From: Planctomycetota bacterium | GTDB taxonomy: Bacteria; Planctomycetota; SZUA-567; H5-PLA8 | Direction of reading: 5' to 3' | NCBI GenBank assembly: GCA_045863855.1 | Contig: BTVV01000013.1 | Span: 1-64,000, forward strand | DNA length: 64,000 nt | Shown: positions 29,306 to 39,678 of the stretch, piece after piece | Layout: each line of letters opens with the position of its first letter | How positions within the stretch are numbered: position 1 is the first letter of the stretch | Position numbers and translations under genes: made by a program | Notes under the pieces: generated by a model | Seen by the model: only the letters and a program-made list of their open reading frames with translations | Told to the model about the DNA's origin: nothing | The model's database searches: none

Positions 29306-30658
29306 TTAAAGCTTCCCGGCTTCGGTCTTCGCCTTCTTGCCGATCGCCGTATCGGGGTACTTTTCGGCGACTTGCATGTAAAGCTGCTTCGCCATATCGG
29401 GCGCGTTGTTGCGCAGGTAATTCTCCGCGCGCTTGAAGAGTTTCTCGGCTTCCGCCAACGACTGCGCGGCATTCACGCTGGGGTCCTGAGCCATGCGCGT
29501 GGCCGCGGCTTCGGCCGGCGCTTTGGCTGGCGTATCGGCATACTCGTGCGCCACGCGCTTGTACGCTTCGAGCGCTAAGGTCAGCTTGCCGGATTTCTCC
29601 AGCGCCTGCGCATCGGCCAGCGCCTTTTGCCCTTCGACGTTGCGTCCTTCCTGTTTGCGCTGCCGCGTCAACTCCGCCGTCTTGGGATCGTCCGCGATCT
29701 TCTGCGCTTCTTGCTTGGCCAACGCTTCGAAGCTCGTGCCGCGATAATCCCGCGCAAAGGCATGTAGCGCCTCCAGCGCATCGGGCCCCGCCTGGCCTTT
29801 GGCCTCGGCAAGTTTCGCGCCCAAGTCAGCCTTCAGCGTCTCCAGTAACTTCGCCGCTTCCTGGGCCGAAGCGCCGATTCCGCCGGAAGCCTCCTGCAAA
29901 GCTTGCTCGGCCGCTCCCCATTGCCTGCCTTCAAGGAGCCGCTTCGCCGCGGTGAGCTTCTCCGCGCCGCCACGGTCGCAGGCCGCGTCGAAGTGCTGCA
30001 GCATGCTCTCGATCTGGGCAGGCACGATCGTGTGCCCAATGTCCGGCTCTTCGTGTTTCAGGAAGACGTTCGCGGCTTTCAGAATTTCGACGGTGGAAGC
30101 GTAAATCCGGTGGTTCGGATCCTGCTTGCCGACCGAGTAGTAGATGGCCGTGGTCTTGGACGCCGGTTCGTAGACCGCAGGCTTGGTCCCGGGCGACAAG
30201 CCATGTGCCGTGCCGCCGAAGCAGGTGAAGTGCGCATGCTCTTTCTCCAGCGTCATGAAGCCGATCGCACAGCCTGCGGAATGCCCGGTCAGGAGCACGC
30301 GCGCGGCATCCACGTTGAAGTTTTTCTTCACGTCCTCCAAGGTCGCCACGATGCGCGCGATGTCGTCGCTGTTCCAGGTGTATCCAGGGCCGGCCTTGCT
30401 GCTCGCCTCCGGAACCGCCAAGATGCTCCCGCGCTTCTTTGCAAACCCCGTCCAGAACCGCGCGAAGTTCTCCGCCGTATCGCCTGCTCCGTGCAGCGCC
30501 ACGATCACTTCGTGCTTTTTCTCGGGCTTGTATGGCTCGGGCAGTAACAACACATAATGTCCGCCCGCCGCCAAATCGCGCTTCTCCGCGCCTGCGGCAA
30601 ACAAGTTAGCCGTAATCAAAAGCGCAAGAAGGAGTCCGCATTTCGTCCATAAACGCAT
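29306..30658 (-). CDS. Secreted esterase-like alpha/beta-hydrolase with helical/TPR-like C-terminus
   Basis: Signal peptide; VALHGAG, LTGHSAG, GKQDP, IGH; Ala/Lys-rich helical repeats ending VAEKYPDT. Confidence 0.75.
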   Translation of the reverse strand: MRLWTKCGLLLALLITANLFAAGAEKRDLAAGGHYVLLLPEPYKPEKKHEVIVALHGAGDTAENFARFWTGFAKKRGSILAVPEASSKAGPGYTWNSDDIARIVATLEDVKKNFNVDAARVLLTGHSAGCAIGFMTLEKEHAHFTCFGGTAHGLSPGTKPAVYEPASKTTAIYYSVGKQDPNHRIYASTVEILKAANVFLKHEEPDIGHTIVPAQIESMLQHFDAACDRGGAEKLTAAKRLLEGRQWGAAEQALQEASGGIGASAQEAAKLLETLKADLGAKLAEAKGQAGPDALEALHAFARDYRGTSFEALAKQEAQKIADDPKTAELTRQRKQEGRNVEGQKALADAQALEKSGKLTLALEAYKRVAHEYADTPAKAPAEAAATRMAQDPSVNAAQSLAEAEKLFKRAENYLRNNAPDMAKQLYMQVAEKYPDTAIGKKAKTEAGKL

Positions 30659-30805
30659 CGATCGATCCTCCGCTACAGGCTCGTACGATTAGACGCGCTC
30701 CCAGCGCTTTGAGCGTGGGAATTCCGCATTCAATTAGAGCGAAGCCACCGGGAAATGCTGCCGTACGAGGGGCGGTTTGCGTTGCAATAAACTAAAGTAC
30801 GGAAA

Positions 30806-31813
30806 TCAGCCGCCGATCCGGCTCATCGCCGAAGCCGGGATCTCATGCCACACTTTGTGCAGTTCGGGCTTGAGCGCCGCGGCTTGCCGGAATGCGTTCA
30901 CCAAGTCTGCCGTGGAGGCGCCGCCGCGCAGCAGGCTCTTCACTTCCACTCCGCCGCCGTCAAGCAAACAACTGCGCAATTCGCCGTTGGCGGTGAGGCG
31001 CAATCGGTCGCACTTAGCGCAAAACGGCGCGCTCATGGCGCTGATGAACCCCAGCCGCCCCGCCGCGCCGGGAATCCGCCAGACTTCCGCCGGGCCGCGC
31101 ATCGAGTCGCCGACTTCCAAAGGTTCCAGCGTTCCGAAGCGCCGCCTCAGCCGCTCCTTCGTGACCGTGTTGGGTACGAAGCCGAAGCTTCCGCTGCCCA
31201 ACGCGCAATCCTTCGCTTCCTGGAGCGGCATGTATTCGATGAAGCGCATATCCAGCGGACGCTCCAGCGTCATGGCCGCGAACGACTCGACTTCGTCGTC
31301 ATTCAGTCCGCCCAGCACCACCATGTTGAGCTTGATCGGCGCCAAACCTGCGGATTGTGCCGCGGCGATGCCCTCCAGCACGTCCTCCAGCCGGCCGCGC
31401 CGAGCGATCTGAATGAACTTTTCAGGATTGAGCGTATCCAGCGATATGTTGATCCGCTTCAAGCCCGCCGCCTTCAGGTCCGCGGCGTATTTGCCCAGAA
31501 GCAACCCGTTGGTGGTCAGCGCCAAGTCGGTGATGCCCGGCACCCGCGCGATCATCCCCGCCAGCGTCGAGATTTCGCGCCGCGCCAGCGGCTCGCCGCC
31601 TGTCAGCCGGACCTTGTACACCCCCACCGCCGCCGCGGCTTCTACGATGGCAGCGATCTCTTCGTAGCTGAGAATTTCGTCCTTGGGCAGCCACGCGACG
31701 CCTTCTTGGGGCATGCAGTAGACGCAGCGCAGATTGCAGACATCCGTGACGGAGACGCGCAAATAGGTGAAGCGCCGCCCGTAAGTATCCACGACCGGAG
31801 CTGGCGAATCCAT
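30806..31813 (-). CDS. moaA: GTP 3',8-cyclase (molybdenum cofactor biosynthesis)
   Basis: YLRVSVTDVCNLRCVYCMP, TGGEP, NISLDTL, RFIEYMP, FCAKCDRLRLT..CL, C-terminal MSRIGG; start moved to ATG 31813. Confidence 0.96.
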   Translation of the reverse strand: MDSPAPVVDTYGRRFTYLRVSVTDVCNLRCVYCMPQEGVAWLPKDEILSYEEIAAIVEAAAAVGVYKVRLTGGEPLARREISTLAGMIARVPGITDLALTTNGLLLGKYAADLKAAGLKRINISLDTLNPEKFIQIARRGRLEDVLEGIAAAQSAGLAPIKLNMVVLGGLNDDEVESFAAMTLERPLDMRFIEYMPLQEAKDCALGSGSFGFVPNTVTKERLRRRFGTLEPLEVGDSMRGPAEVWRIPGAAGRLGFISAMSAPFCAKCDRLRLTANGELRSCLLDGGGVEVKSLLRGGASTADLVNAFRQAAALKPELHKVWHEIPASAMSRIGG

Positions 31814-31917
31814 GACGGAGACCTCGGATGACGGTGCGCGGGAGCCGGACGCGCCGCGCCGCGCACGGAACCCTGGAAGTCTACTCCCCGCATCACGCCA
31901 CGCAACAGGGGCAAATC

Positions 31918-32307
31918 TCACACCGACGGGAGGGTGGTGGAGGATTCCTTGAAGACGTATTGGATCGCATTCAGCAATTCCGCGGTCTCGAAGGGCTTGC
32001 GGATGAATACGTACGCGCCGAAGTCGTGCGCGTGGGCCACATCCAGCGGCGAGAAGCGCGCCGTCATGACGATGACGGGAATCCGTGCGTATCCCAGGTC
32101 GCGCAGGCGCCTAAGCGTTTCGAAACCGTCCATCTCCGGCATCATGACATCCAGGAGCACCAGATCCACCCAGGGATCGCGACGCAGGAACTCGAGCGCC
32201 TCCAACCCATCGGAAGCTTCGTCGACCGTGTGCCCGTGCGACGAAAGCAGCCGTGTCAGGGCTTCGCGCACGTCCGCCTCGTCGTCAACGACCAGGATGC
32301 GTTTCAT
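31918..32307 (-). CDS. Single-domain response regulator (CheY-like)
   Basis: MKRILVVDDE, DLVLLDVMMPEMDG, VIVMTA, IRKPF; ATGA overlap with upstream kinase stop. Confidence 0.92.
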   Translation of the reverse strand: MKRILVVDDEADVREALTRLLSSHGHTVDEASDGLEALEFLRRDPWVDLVLLDVMMPEMDGFETLRRLRDLGYARIPVIVMTARFSPLDVAHAHDFGAYVFIRKPFETAELLNAIQYVFKESSTTLPSV

Positions 32308-33857
32308 GGGCTGGACCCGCCTTCGTCTGGATTCCCGGAAGCGAGCGCCAGCAGCGCGGCCTGCAACGTTCCGAATCCGGGCAGCGTTTCTCCCAATCCC
32401 ACTTCGTCCAGCACGCGGCGTATGCGCGGCGGCACGTGCAGCAGCACGATGCTGCCCGAAAGCGACTGCGCGATCGCACGCCATTCCACCAGACTTCCAA
32501 TGCCGCGGCTGTCGATCTTGGGGCACGATTCCAGATCGATGGCCAGGTGCGGGGACCAGTTGCGCATCACGCGGTGAGCGATCTCGGTGATGCCGTGGAT
32601 CGTTTCGAGCGTCAGCGGTCCGGCCACGCAAAAGCGCACGCCAGGCCCGTAGCGGTCGGCCGAAACCTGCACCCCCGGCAGCGCCCAGGACTCGCGCTGT
32701 TCGCACTGGGGCAACAGCGCGGAGGCTTGCGCCAGCTCGAACGAAAAGACGCAACCTCCGCCGGGCTTGGTGGTCACGTTCATGCGCGACTGGTGCGCCT
32801 CCACCAGCCCTTTGGCGATGGGCAGACCCAGGCCGCTGCTGGTGCGTTGCCCGCGCGAACGCCGCCGGTTGATCTGATAATATGGAAGGAAGATCTGTTC
32901 TTGGTCTTCGGAGTCCATGCCGATCCCGTTGTCGCGGACCCAAATGCGAACACGCGAGCCTTGGGTTTCCGCGCCGATCTGCACTTCCACCCCCGGCTCG
33001 TTGTGGACCAGCGCGTTGGAAACGAGGTTCGAAAGAACCTGGCCGATCATCTGCGGGTCGCATTGCACCCACAGCACGTCGCGGCGCAGGTCCGTGGTCA
33101 GGCGCGCCTGGCGCTGCCGGGCCAGCGGCCGCAGCAAATCCAAGGTCTCGAGCGCCAGCACGCCCAGATCCGTTTCCTGCAACTCGACGCGCAAACGGCC
33201 GGACTCGATGCGCGAGATGTCCAACACGTCGTTGATCAGCGTCCGCAGACGGTCCACGTTACGCCGCACCAGCCGCAGGTTTTCGAGGTAATCTTCGGCC
33301 GGCTCCTTCGGCGGCTTGTTTTCCATGAGCGCCAGCGCCACTTCCATGGCGGTCACGGGCGTGCGCAACTGATGCGATACGAAGGATACGAACTCGTTCT
33401 TCAGCCGGTCCAATTCCTTGAGCCGCGCGTTCTGACCCAGCAACTGGCCCATCAGCTTTTTACGCTCGATCGCGTAACGCAGCGCGCGGCGCAACAGGCG
33501 AATGTTGATGCGGCCCTTTTGAAGGCAATCCTGGGCGCCACGTTCGATGGCCTTCACCGCCAACTCGTCGGCGTCCCAGCCCGTGAGCACCAGGATCGGA
33601 AGGTGCGGGGCCACTTCCTGCACCGAGGAAATGGTGTCCAGTCCGCGAGAATCGGGCAGCGAAAGATCCAGTAAAACCACGTCGAAGCCCCGCTCGCGCA
33701 TCTGGCGCACGGCATCGGCCAGCGTGCGCGCGGGCGTCACCTCGAAGACATCCTCTTCGTAACCGCCCAGCATCTGCTTGTACGTCTCAAGCTGAGCCGC
33801 GTCGTCTTCGACCAGGAGGACCTGAATCGGTGGAAGTGCTTCCATAAGCAGCCTCAC
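32304..33857 (-). CDS. Hybrid signalling protein REC-HisKA-HATPase-STAS
   Basis: VLLVEDD..LLDLSLPDS (REC); VSHQLRTP (H box); NLVSNA, DNGIG, GLGL; C-terminal IDLESCPKIDSRGIGSLV (STAS). Confidence 0.88.
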   Translation of the reverse strand: MRLLMEALPPIQVLLVEDDAAQLETYKQMLGGYEEDVFEVTPARTLADAVRQMRERGFDVVLLDLSLPDSRGLDTISSVQEVAPHLPILVLTGWDADELAVKAIERGAQDCLQKGRINIRLLRRALRYAIERKKLMGQLLGQNARLKELDRLKNEFVSFVSHQLRTPVTAMEVALALMENKPPKEPAEDYLENLRLVRRNVDRLRTLINDVLDISRIESGRLRVELQETDLGVLALETLDLLRPLARQRQARLTTDLRRDVLWVQCDPQMIGQVLSNLVSNALVHNEPGVEVQIGAETQGSRVRIWVRDNGIGMDSEDQEQIFLPYYQINRRRSRGQRTSSGLGLPIAKGLVEAHQSRMNVTTKPGGGCVFSFELAQASALLPQCEQRESWALPGVQVSADRYGPGVRFCVAGPLTLETIHGITEIAHRVMRNWSPHLAIDLESCPKIDSRGIGSLVEWRAIAQSLSGSIVLLHVPPRIRRVLDEVGLGETLPGFGTLQAALLALASGNPDEGGSSP

Positions 33858-34068
33858 TTCAAGTCAGTTCGGTATACGATACGGCCGAATATGCTTACTC
33901 ATATAACGACAGCGCGAGGCAACGATTGGCCGCGCTTGGCAAAAGAAGTAAACCACGTGGTGCGCATCGGGTCAATCCGTTCGCTCCGGCAAATTCACTC
34001 GGCGCGAAATCGATCCATTCCATCGATTGGCGGTAAACCTATTTACCGTGCGCGACACACCGCTTGCG

Positions 34069-35352
34069 TTAGCCGCCCGCGCGTTTTGCGTACAACGGAG
34101 TTCGATCGAGCAACTCCGCGCGCGACAGGTCGCGGCTGCGGCCTTTACGCCGCGTGACCTTGCGCGGCGTGCCGTCGGGGTCGGTCACCTCGACCACTTG
34201 CCCCGATTCGATAGATTCTTCCGCCGAAATGGCGATCACCGCGCCTTCGCGACCGGCCGCGAAATCCGTCAGCGGTTTGCGCCGCTCGTTGATCGCCGCG
34301 ACGAATTCGCGCAGCATCGCCGGATCGCCGCCTTGGTGCCCGCCCGGATCCATCTCGACCGTCTCGCGCATGACCTTTCCCGGCCGCAGCCGGAAGCTCA
34401 CCGCGATCTCGGGCGCCCGGCCGTGGGGGCAGGACAGTTCGATCTGGCCTTTGGTGCCGATAAAGCAGAATTTCCGCTCGTAATCGGGGCTGAAATGGCA
34501 TTCCGTGTACGAAAGCTTCGCGCCGCTTTCGTACAGCACGTTCACCACCGCGTTGTCGTTCACGTCGACTTCGCGGCTGTAAGCGCAGAAATCGGGTTTG
34601 CGTTGCGGCTTCTGGACATAGTCGAGCTGCACGAACCGTTCTTGCCGCTCGCTGCAATCCGCGAATTCGTCGCACTCGTGGCAGACTTTTCCCTCCGGCT
34701 CGTCGCCGCCGTAATAGTCGAGGCCGCCGAACGAATGCACCCGCGCGGCTTTCGAGCCGATCACCCAGGAGATGAAGTCGAGCGAGTGGCACCCCTTCTG
34801 GAGCAACAGACCGACCACCTTGTTCCGGCGGCTCATCCAGTGATGGAAGTAATACGTTCCGCCCACACTCACGTGGTCGATGCAATCGGCGCACAGGATC
34901 TCGCCGATCATTCCGTTCGAGACCAATCGATGCACGCGCTGCATCGCGTTGTTGAAGCGCATGCACAAACCCACCATCTGAACCGTCTCGCGCTCCCCGG
35001 CGAACCCGTTCACCAGCCGGTCGCAGTCGGCGATGGAAATGGCCAGGGGCTTTTCCACGAGCAAATGTTTCTTGAACGGCTTGAGCGCCAGTGCGCAGTC
35101 GACGTGGGTGTCGTCGGTGGTCGCGATGAATGCGGCATCCACGTCCTCGCGCCGGCCTAGTTCTTCAAGACTTGCGGATGCCGTGGCCTCGGGGAATGCC
35201 TGCTTCGCGCGCTCGATTCCTGCCGTCGCCACGTCGTACAGCGCCGTTACGCGCGCCAGTTTCAGATGCTCTTGAAACTCCCGGCTGACTCCGATGCCGC
35301 GCCCGCCGCAACCCACCAACGCCAAACGCAACGGACGTGATTCGTCGATCAT
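34069..35352 (-). CDS. Gfo/Idh/MocA family oxidoreductase
   Basis: LVGCGGRG, LLVEKPLA, LLQKGCHSLD, GGHQGGD. Confidence 0.9.
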   Translation of the reverse strand: MIDESRPLRLALVGCGGRGIGVSREFQEHLKLARVTALYDVATAGIERAKQAFPEATASASLEELGRREDVDAAFIATTDDTHVDCALALKPFKKHLLVEKPLAISIADCDRLVNGFAGERETVQMVGLCMRFNNAMQRVHRLVSNGMIGEILCADCIDHVSVGGTYYFHHWMSRRNKVVGLLLQKGCHSLDFISWVIGSKAARVHSFGGLDYYGGDEPEGKVCHECDEFADCSERQERFVQLDYVQKPQRKPDFCAYSREVDVNDNAVVNVLYESGAKLSYTECHFSPDYERKFCFIGTKGQIELSCPHGRAPEIAVSFRLRPGKVMRETVEMDPGGHQGGDPAMLREFVAAINERRKPLTDFAAGREGAVIAISAEESIESGQVVEVTDPDGTPRKVTRRKGRSRDLSRAELLDRTPLYAKRAGG

Positions 35353-35444
35353 GAACGGTCCCCTTAAGGTGTGTACTAGTGCGCTTAAGTATACCTGCTT
35401 GGCTCAACTTTCGCCAATCGAGCACGCATATGCGAGAAGGTAAT

Positions 35445-38363
35445 TTAGCGCCCCGGACCTTCGGGCATGCTGGGCGGCTTGATCGGGGCGGGACTTTCCT
35501 CCGCCGCGCCCAGATCGGGGAAGGTGATCTTGATGATATCGCCGCCGCTGGCCGGCTTGACCTTCAGCGCGATATCGGTCACGAACTCGGGCAGATCCAG
35601 ATCCAGCGCCTGACCGGGCTGCAAGTCTACGGTCAGGGTCTTGACGACCGCCCCGGAGCGCGTGTCCCAGCATTCCAGGCGGTACTTGCCTGGCGCGAGC
35701 CCCTGAACTTGCGCGCCTACGTTCTCGAACTTCGCGCGATGCGGCAGCTCCGGCAGTTCGTTCATCGCGTTGACGTCGTAAATCCAGACGTACGCCCCGT
35801 CCTTCCAGCGGTACTGCAGGCCGCCCAATCCGCCGCTGCGGCGCGTGAAACGCACTTGCTCCGTCACCGCTTCCAGCCCGCGGCGGTCTTCGCCGGCGAT
35901 GTAGTTCGCGAACGCACGGAAGGTCGGATACAGCTCGCGCTTGTCGATGAAGTCGTACCACCAAAAGAGCGGCGCACCGCCCGCCTCGGTCATCCAGGTG
36001 GACCAGAGTCCGCAATGCAGATCGGCTTCCAGGCGCGGGATGCTCGTGGCGTTCCAGTTCCCGCCGAACTCGGTGATCCAATACGGCTTCTTCGCTTCGC
36101 GAAAGGCGTTCGCCCACGCTTGCGCGATGGCGTGGTAGCCCGGTTGCGCGCGATAGGCATCGCCGACGATGTAGTCCATCGCGGGCGAGAGCGCCAACTC
36201 CTTATCCACGTAGGTGTAGTCGGTGGCGTAGTGGTTGGTGACCAAGTGCCCGTAGGTATCGTATTCGCGCAGCGCTCCCAGCATTTCGCGCGCCCAATCC
36301 TGGCCTTCCGGGGTACGGAAGTAGTTGCGGCCTTTGGGATGGCTGGGTTTACCCTTGCTTCCGTCGCCGATCAGGTCGTACTCGCTCACCAGTTCCCAGC
36401 CCATAATCGTCGGATCGGCTCCCCAGCGCGCGGCGATGTAGCGCAGCCGCTTCTTATGCAGGTTCTTGGCCGCAGCCTGGGTCAGGAACTGGCTAGGCGT
36501 CGCGACCACGCCACCGGGTTCGGTGAGCCGGTTCAAGGGATTGAGGTCCCATTCCCAGTCGCACCACTGGCTGAACTTGCCGTGGTTATCGATCACCAGG
36601 TGGATGCGCATGCCGTGCTCGCGGGCCAATGCCAGCACTCGGTCGAGCTTCCATGCGTGCTCCAGGCTGTAACGCCCCGGCCCGTGGAAATGCCGCCAGC
36701 GCCGTGTCCACTCGATCGCCAGCCACCACGAGGCCATCCATACTTCGCCCACCGACTCCCCCGCCGCCGACATCTTGGGGAAGAAGTCTTTGTACATATT
36801 CAAGCCGCGGAAGAGCGGCGGATCCTTTTCGAAGATCACATCCCAGCAGCGCAGATCCACCGGCGAGTGGACGTTGTGGCCCACCGGATAAAAAAAGCTT
36901 CCGTCCTCGAACTCGAAGCAGCGCGGATCTTTGCGCGCCACGCGTACGAATCCTTTGTGCCCGGAAGGGACGGCCGTAAAGCGCACCGGGGGCGCCGCTA
37001 CGCTCACTTCCTTTTCGGTGCCCGGGTACAGCGTGGCCTGAACGGCGATCGTGTGCTCGCCCAGTTCGCGCGGCGTGACGCGGACGTGCCATTCCGGCCG
37101 GCCCACCGGAGCCAGCCGTTCCTCGGCGAAGTAAGGCTCGTCCTCGAAGTCCTGATGCCAGAAGCCGAAGACCTGCAGCGTCCGCCCCGAAGGCGCGGTC
37201 ACCGTCGCGCGGATATCGGCCTGTTCGGGATCGAACGGGTTGTAGACCTGTCGGTTGAGTTCGAAGCGCACCGCGCAGGTCTGGAAGAGCCCGACGCGCG
37301 GGAGTCCGCTGCCGCCTGCCTCGGCTGGCGCCGCCAGCGGATCGGTGCGCAAGTTGAGGATCTCCAGCGCCTGCTCGTCGGGATCGCGAGCGGGCGCGCG
37401 CTCCCAGAGCAGGTTCAGCTCGGCCAGCCGTTCGCGATCGGCGTCGCTCTCCGCGTGGCGCTGCTCCTGCGCAAGCACCTTCTCGAAGCGCTCCTGCCGC
37501 AGCCACCCGCGGAAGCGATCGAGGTGCAGCTTGCCCGCAAAGGGGCGGTCGCCGTAAAAGGTGATGCCGATGGTCCGGACCTGACTGGCCTGGTTCTCTT
37601 CCCAGGCGCCCAAGTGTCCCAACGGCGCGACGTCGGGGCTCCCGCCTCGCAGATCGGCCGTGACCGTCGTCCATTCGCCGGGTTGCAGCGCCGCTTTGCT
37701 GCGCGCCTGGAACCAGCGTCCATCCTTGTCCTTCAGGAAGAACAGGCAGCCCACATAGCCCCGCACTTCGGCCGGGACAAAGACGTCGTAAGCGATGAAG
37801 CGCACGCCGGACATGCCCGTGGGGCGGCGGAAAATCGTGCAGGCATCGGGAAAGTGGACGGGAACAGACAGGCTCGCGCGGCTTTGGGGGTGGCTCACAA
37901 CACCCGCATCGACCTCCAGCGGCATGCCGTCCAGGGCCGGATCGCGCGCCGTTTCGCCTTCGTCTTCGCCGGTCGGCGGTTCTTGCTCCGCCGGCGCCGG
38001 TTCCGTCGGCGGGACTTCCGGATCGGGCGTTTCGGCCGATGGTGCGACCCGCACGATCCCGTTTTCATCCAACGCCAGCGACTGCTCTTGTTCGAGCCGC
38101 CAGCTTTCCGCATCCGCATCCCAACTGAAAAGCGGCTCTTGAGGATGCGGGAACCAGCCTTGCTCGGGGGTCAACTCCGCCAGCGCAACCCGCGCCAGCG
38201 CCGCCGCCGGACGCTCCGGCGGCTCGCGCAGTGCCGTGTCTTGCACATCGCTGAAGACCAGGAAGGCGGTTCCCGCCACCAGCACCACGGCCACCAGACC
38301 CAAGATCGGGTACAGGATCTTCGAAAGCGTGGTTGCGGGCTGAACTTGCACGTGGTGCCTCAC
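35445..38363 (-). CDS. Membrane-anchored clan GH-A glycoside hydrolase (DUF5060 + GH5-like) with CBM-like module
   Basis: N-terminal TM; YNPFDP..I.A.VTAPSG..VFGFWHQ..W.VR.TP.ELG (DUF5060-like); RYIAARWGADPTIMGWELVSE and WITEFG catalytic-like motifs. Confidence 0.7.
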   Translation of the reverse strand: MRHHVQVQPATTLSKILYPILGLVAVVLVAGTAFLVFSDVQDTALREPPERPAAALARVALAELTPEQGWFPHPQEPLFSWDADAESWRLEQEQSLALDENGIVRVAPSAETPDPEVPPTEPAPAEQEPPTGEDEGETARDPALDGMPLEVDAGVVSHPQSRASLSVPVHFPDACTIFRRPTGMSGVRFIAYDVFVPAEVRGYVGCLFFLKDKDGRWFQARSKAALQPGEWTTVTADLRGGSPDVAPLGHLGAWEENQASQVRTIGITFYGDRPFAGKLHLDRFRGWLRQERFEKVLAQEQRHAESDADRERLAELNLLWERAPARDPDEQALEILNLRTDPLAAPAEAGGSGLPRVGLFQTCAVRFELNRQVYNPFDPEQADIRATVTAPSGRTLQVFGFWHQDFEDEPYFAEERLAPVGRPEWHVRVTPRELGEHTIAVQATLYPGTEKEVSVAAPPVRFTAVPSGHKGFVRVARKDPRCFEFEDGSFFYPVGHNVHSPVDLRCWDVIFEKDPPLFRGLNMYKDFFPKMSAAGESVGEVWMASWWLAIEWTRRWRHFHGPGRYSLEHAWKLDRVLALAREHGMRIHLVIDNHGKFSQWCDWEWDLNPLNRLTEPGGVVATPSQFLTQAAAKNLHKKRLRYIAARWGADPTIMGWELVSEYDLIGDGSKGKPSHPKGRNYFRTPEGQDWAREMLGALREYDTYGHLVTNHYATDYTYVDKELALSPAMDYIVGDAYRAQPGYHAIAQAWANAFREAKKPYWITEFGGNWNATSIPRLEADLHCGLWSTWMTEAGGAPLFWWYDFIDKRELYPTFRAFANYIAGEDRRGLEAVTEQVRFTRRSGGLGGLQYRWKDGAYVWIYDVNAMNELPELPHRAKFENVGAQVQGLAPGKYRLECWDTRSGAVVKTLTVDLQPGQALDLDLPEFVTDIALKVKPASGGDIIKITFPDLGAAEESPAPIKPPSMPEGPGR

Positions 38364-38642
38364 TCGGTGCGAGCTATACCATCAGACGCCGTAAGGTCAA
38401 CTCCAGCGGCAGGTTTCCGGATTGATCCAGACAGCCGCCGACAAGCAGAAGCATGTATTCAACCTCACGAGGTGCCTTGAAGTCACTTGAAGGCTCGTCG
38501 GCCTCTGTCCTAACCCTTTACAGGGCAGATAGATGAATCCGTTAAGCGATTTTCCCAGGAAGTTCGCTCTATCTCGGGACCGCGAGCAGGAATCCAGTGA
38601 AGTCCTTCGTCACAATCCTGGCGCTGGACTCGTCCACGAGTA

Positions 38643-39626
38643 ATGGCGCGGGGACCGACGATGATCACAGCCCAGCGGACTATTCTGACGCTTGGGGCGA
38701 TGCTGGCCTTGAGCTTTGGCGCGAGTGCGGCTGAAAAGGACGAGCCCGTCTGCACCGTCGTTCGGCTCGACGACGGCCGCGAGGTTCGCGGCATTGTGCT
38801 CGAAGAAAACGAGCGCGAACTGCTCCTGCGCACTTGGACGGGCGATAAGCGCATCATGCGCAGCCTGATCACCGATTATCGGCGCAACTTGAGTCTCGAG
38901 GAGCGCGCGTCGATCCTGCGCGGAGCAGATCCGTGGAAAGACAGCGCGGAGTGGAAGGCCCGCGACGCCGAGTTTGCGGGCGGCGCGAAGAAGGTCGAGA
39001 CGCCTTCGGTCGAACGCATTCCGCCACGTGGCGGTACGCCCGGTCCGGCTGTCGCGCGGCACGCCTCGCCGTCGCCTGCTTCCGCGCCCAGCGCCGATAT
39101 CGGAGCGTCTGGCCGCGCCGGATCGGACCTCCTGGGCCGGCTCGACAAGCGCGTCTCGCTCGAACTGGTCGACGACAAGCTTGAAGACGCCCTCGACATG
39201 ATCGGCGTCATGACGGGCATCAACATCATCCTGCACCCCAAGGTCCGCGAGGCGCAGCAGAAAGTCTCGCTCAACGTCAGCAACATGGACGCCGCGAACG
39301 TGCTCAAGTGGCTCACCCGGTTGACCGACACGCACATCCAAGTCGACGATCAGGCGATTTTCATCACCGACAAGCCCGATGAGGGCGAAGACGACCGGGA
39401 GCGCAACGAAATCCTGATGACGCTGGCGGCCAACGGAGTCGATTTGACCGTGATGCCTCCGGGCGGTCAGCCGCTGACGGACGCCGAGCGCATGCAGGTC
39501 GCCATGGCGATTCACGAGAAGACCAACCCGAAGCCGACGGACTTCCCCGGGCCGGAGATGGGTCTGGTAGGAGCCGAAGAGAACAGCGGCTTCGCCGCCA
39601 ACCCCTTTATGGTTCCGGGCCGCTGA
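38643..39626 (+). CDS. Secreted protein with STN (secretin/TonB N-terminal)-like domain
   Basis: Signal peptide; LDKRVSLELVDDKLEDALDMI..TGINIILHP..VSLNVSNMDAANVLKWL. Confidence 0.6.
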   Translation: MARGPTMITAQRTILTLGAMLALSFGASAAEKDEPVCTVVRLDDGREVRGIVLEENERELLLRTWTGDKRIMRSLITDYRRNLSLEERASILRGADPWKDSAEWKARDAEFAGGAKKVETPSVERIPPRGGTPGPAVARHASPSPASAPSADIGASGRAGSDLLGRLDKRVSLELVDDKLEDALDMIGVMTGINIILHPKVREAQQKVSLNVSNMDAANVLKWLTRLTDTHIQVDDQAIFITDKPDEGEDDRERNEILMTLAANGVDLTVMPPGGQPLTDAERMQVAMAIHEKTNPKPTDFPGPEMGLVGAEENSGFAANPFMVPGR

Positions 39627-39678
39627 GCCTGCGGCAGCGCCTTACGGCTTGAACTTTGCAACCTCCGAGGACATAACC

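Noticed and set aside
31814..31917. Moco riboswitch upstream of moaA
   Set aside because: GC-rich spacer with no recognisable Moco RNA motif by eye; an Rfam scan would settle it
35379..38480. 1033-aa plus-strand ORF, and similar long ORFs at 11383-12807, 15151-16785, 22242-23789, 32253-33674, 45399-47459
   Set aside because: Antisense shadows of well-supported genes in high-GC DNA; no motifs and unnatural composition
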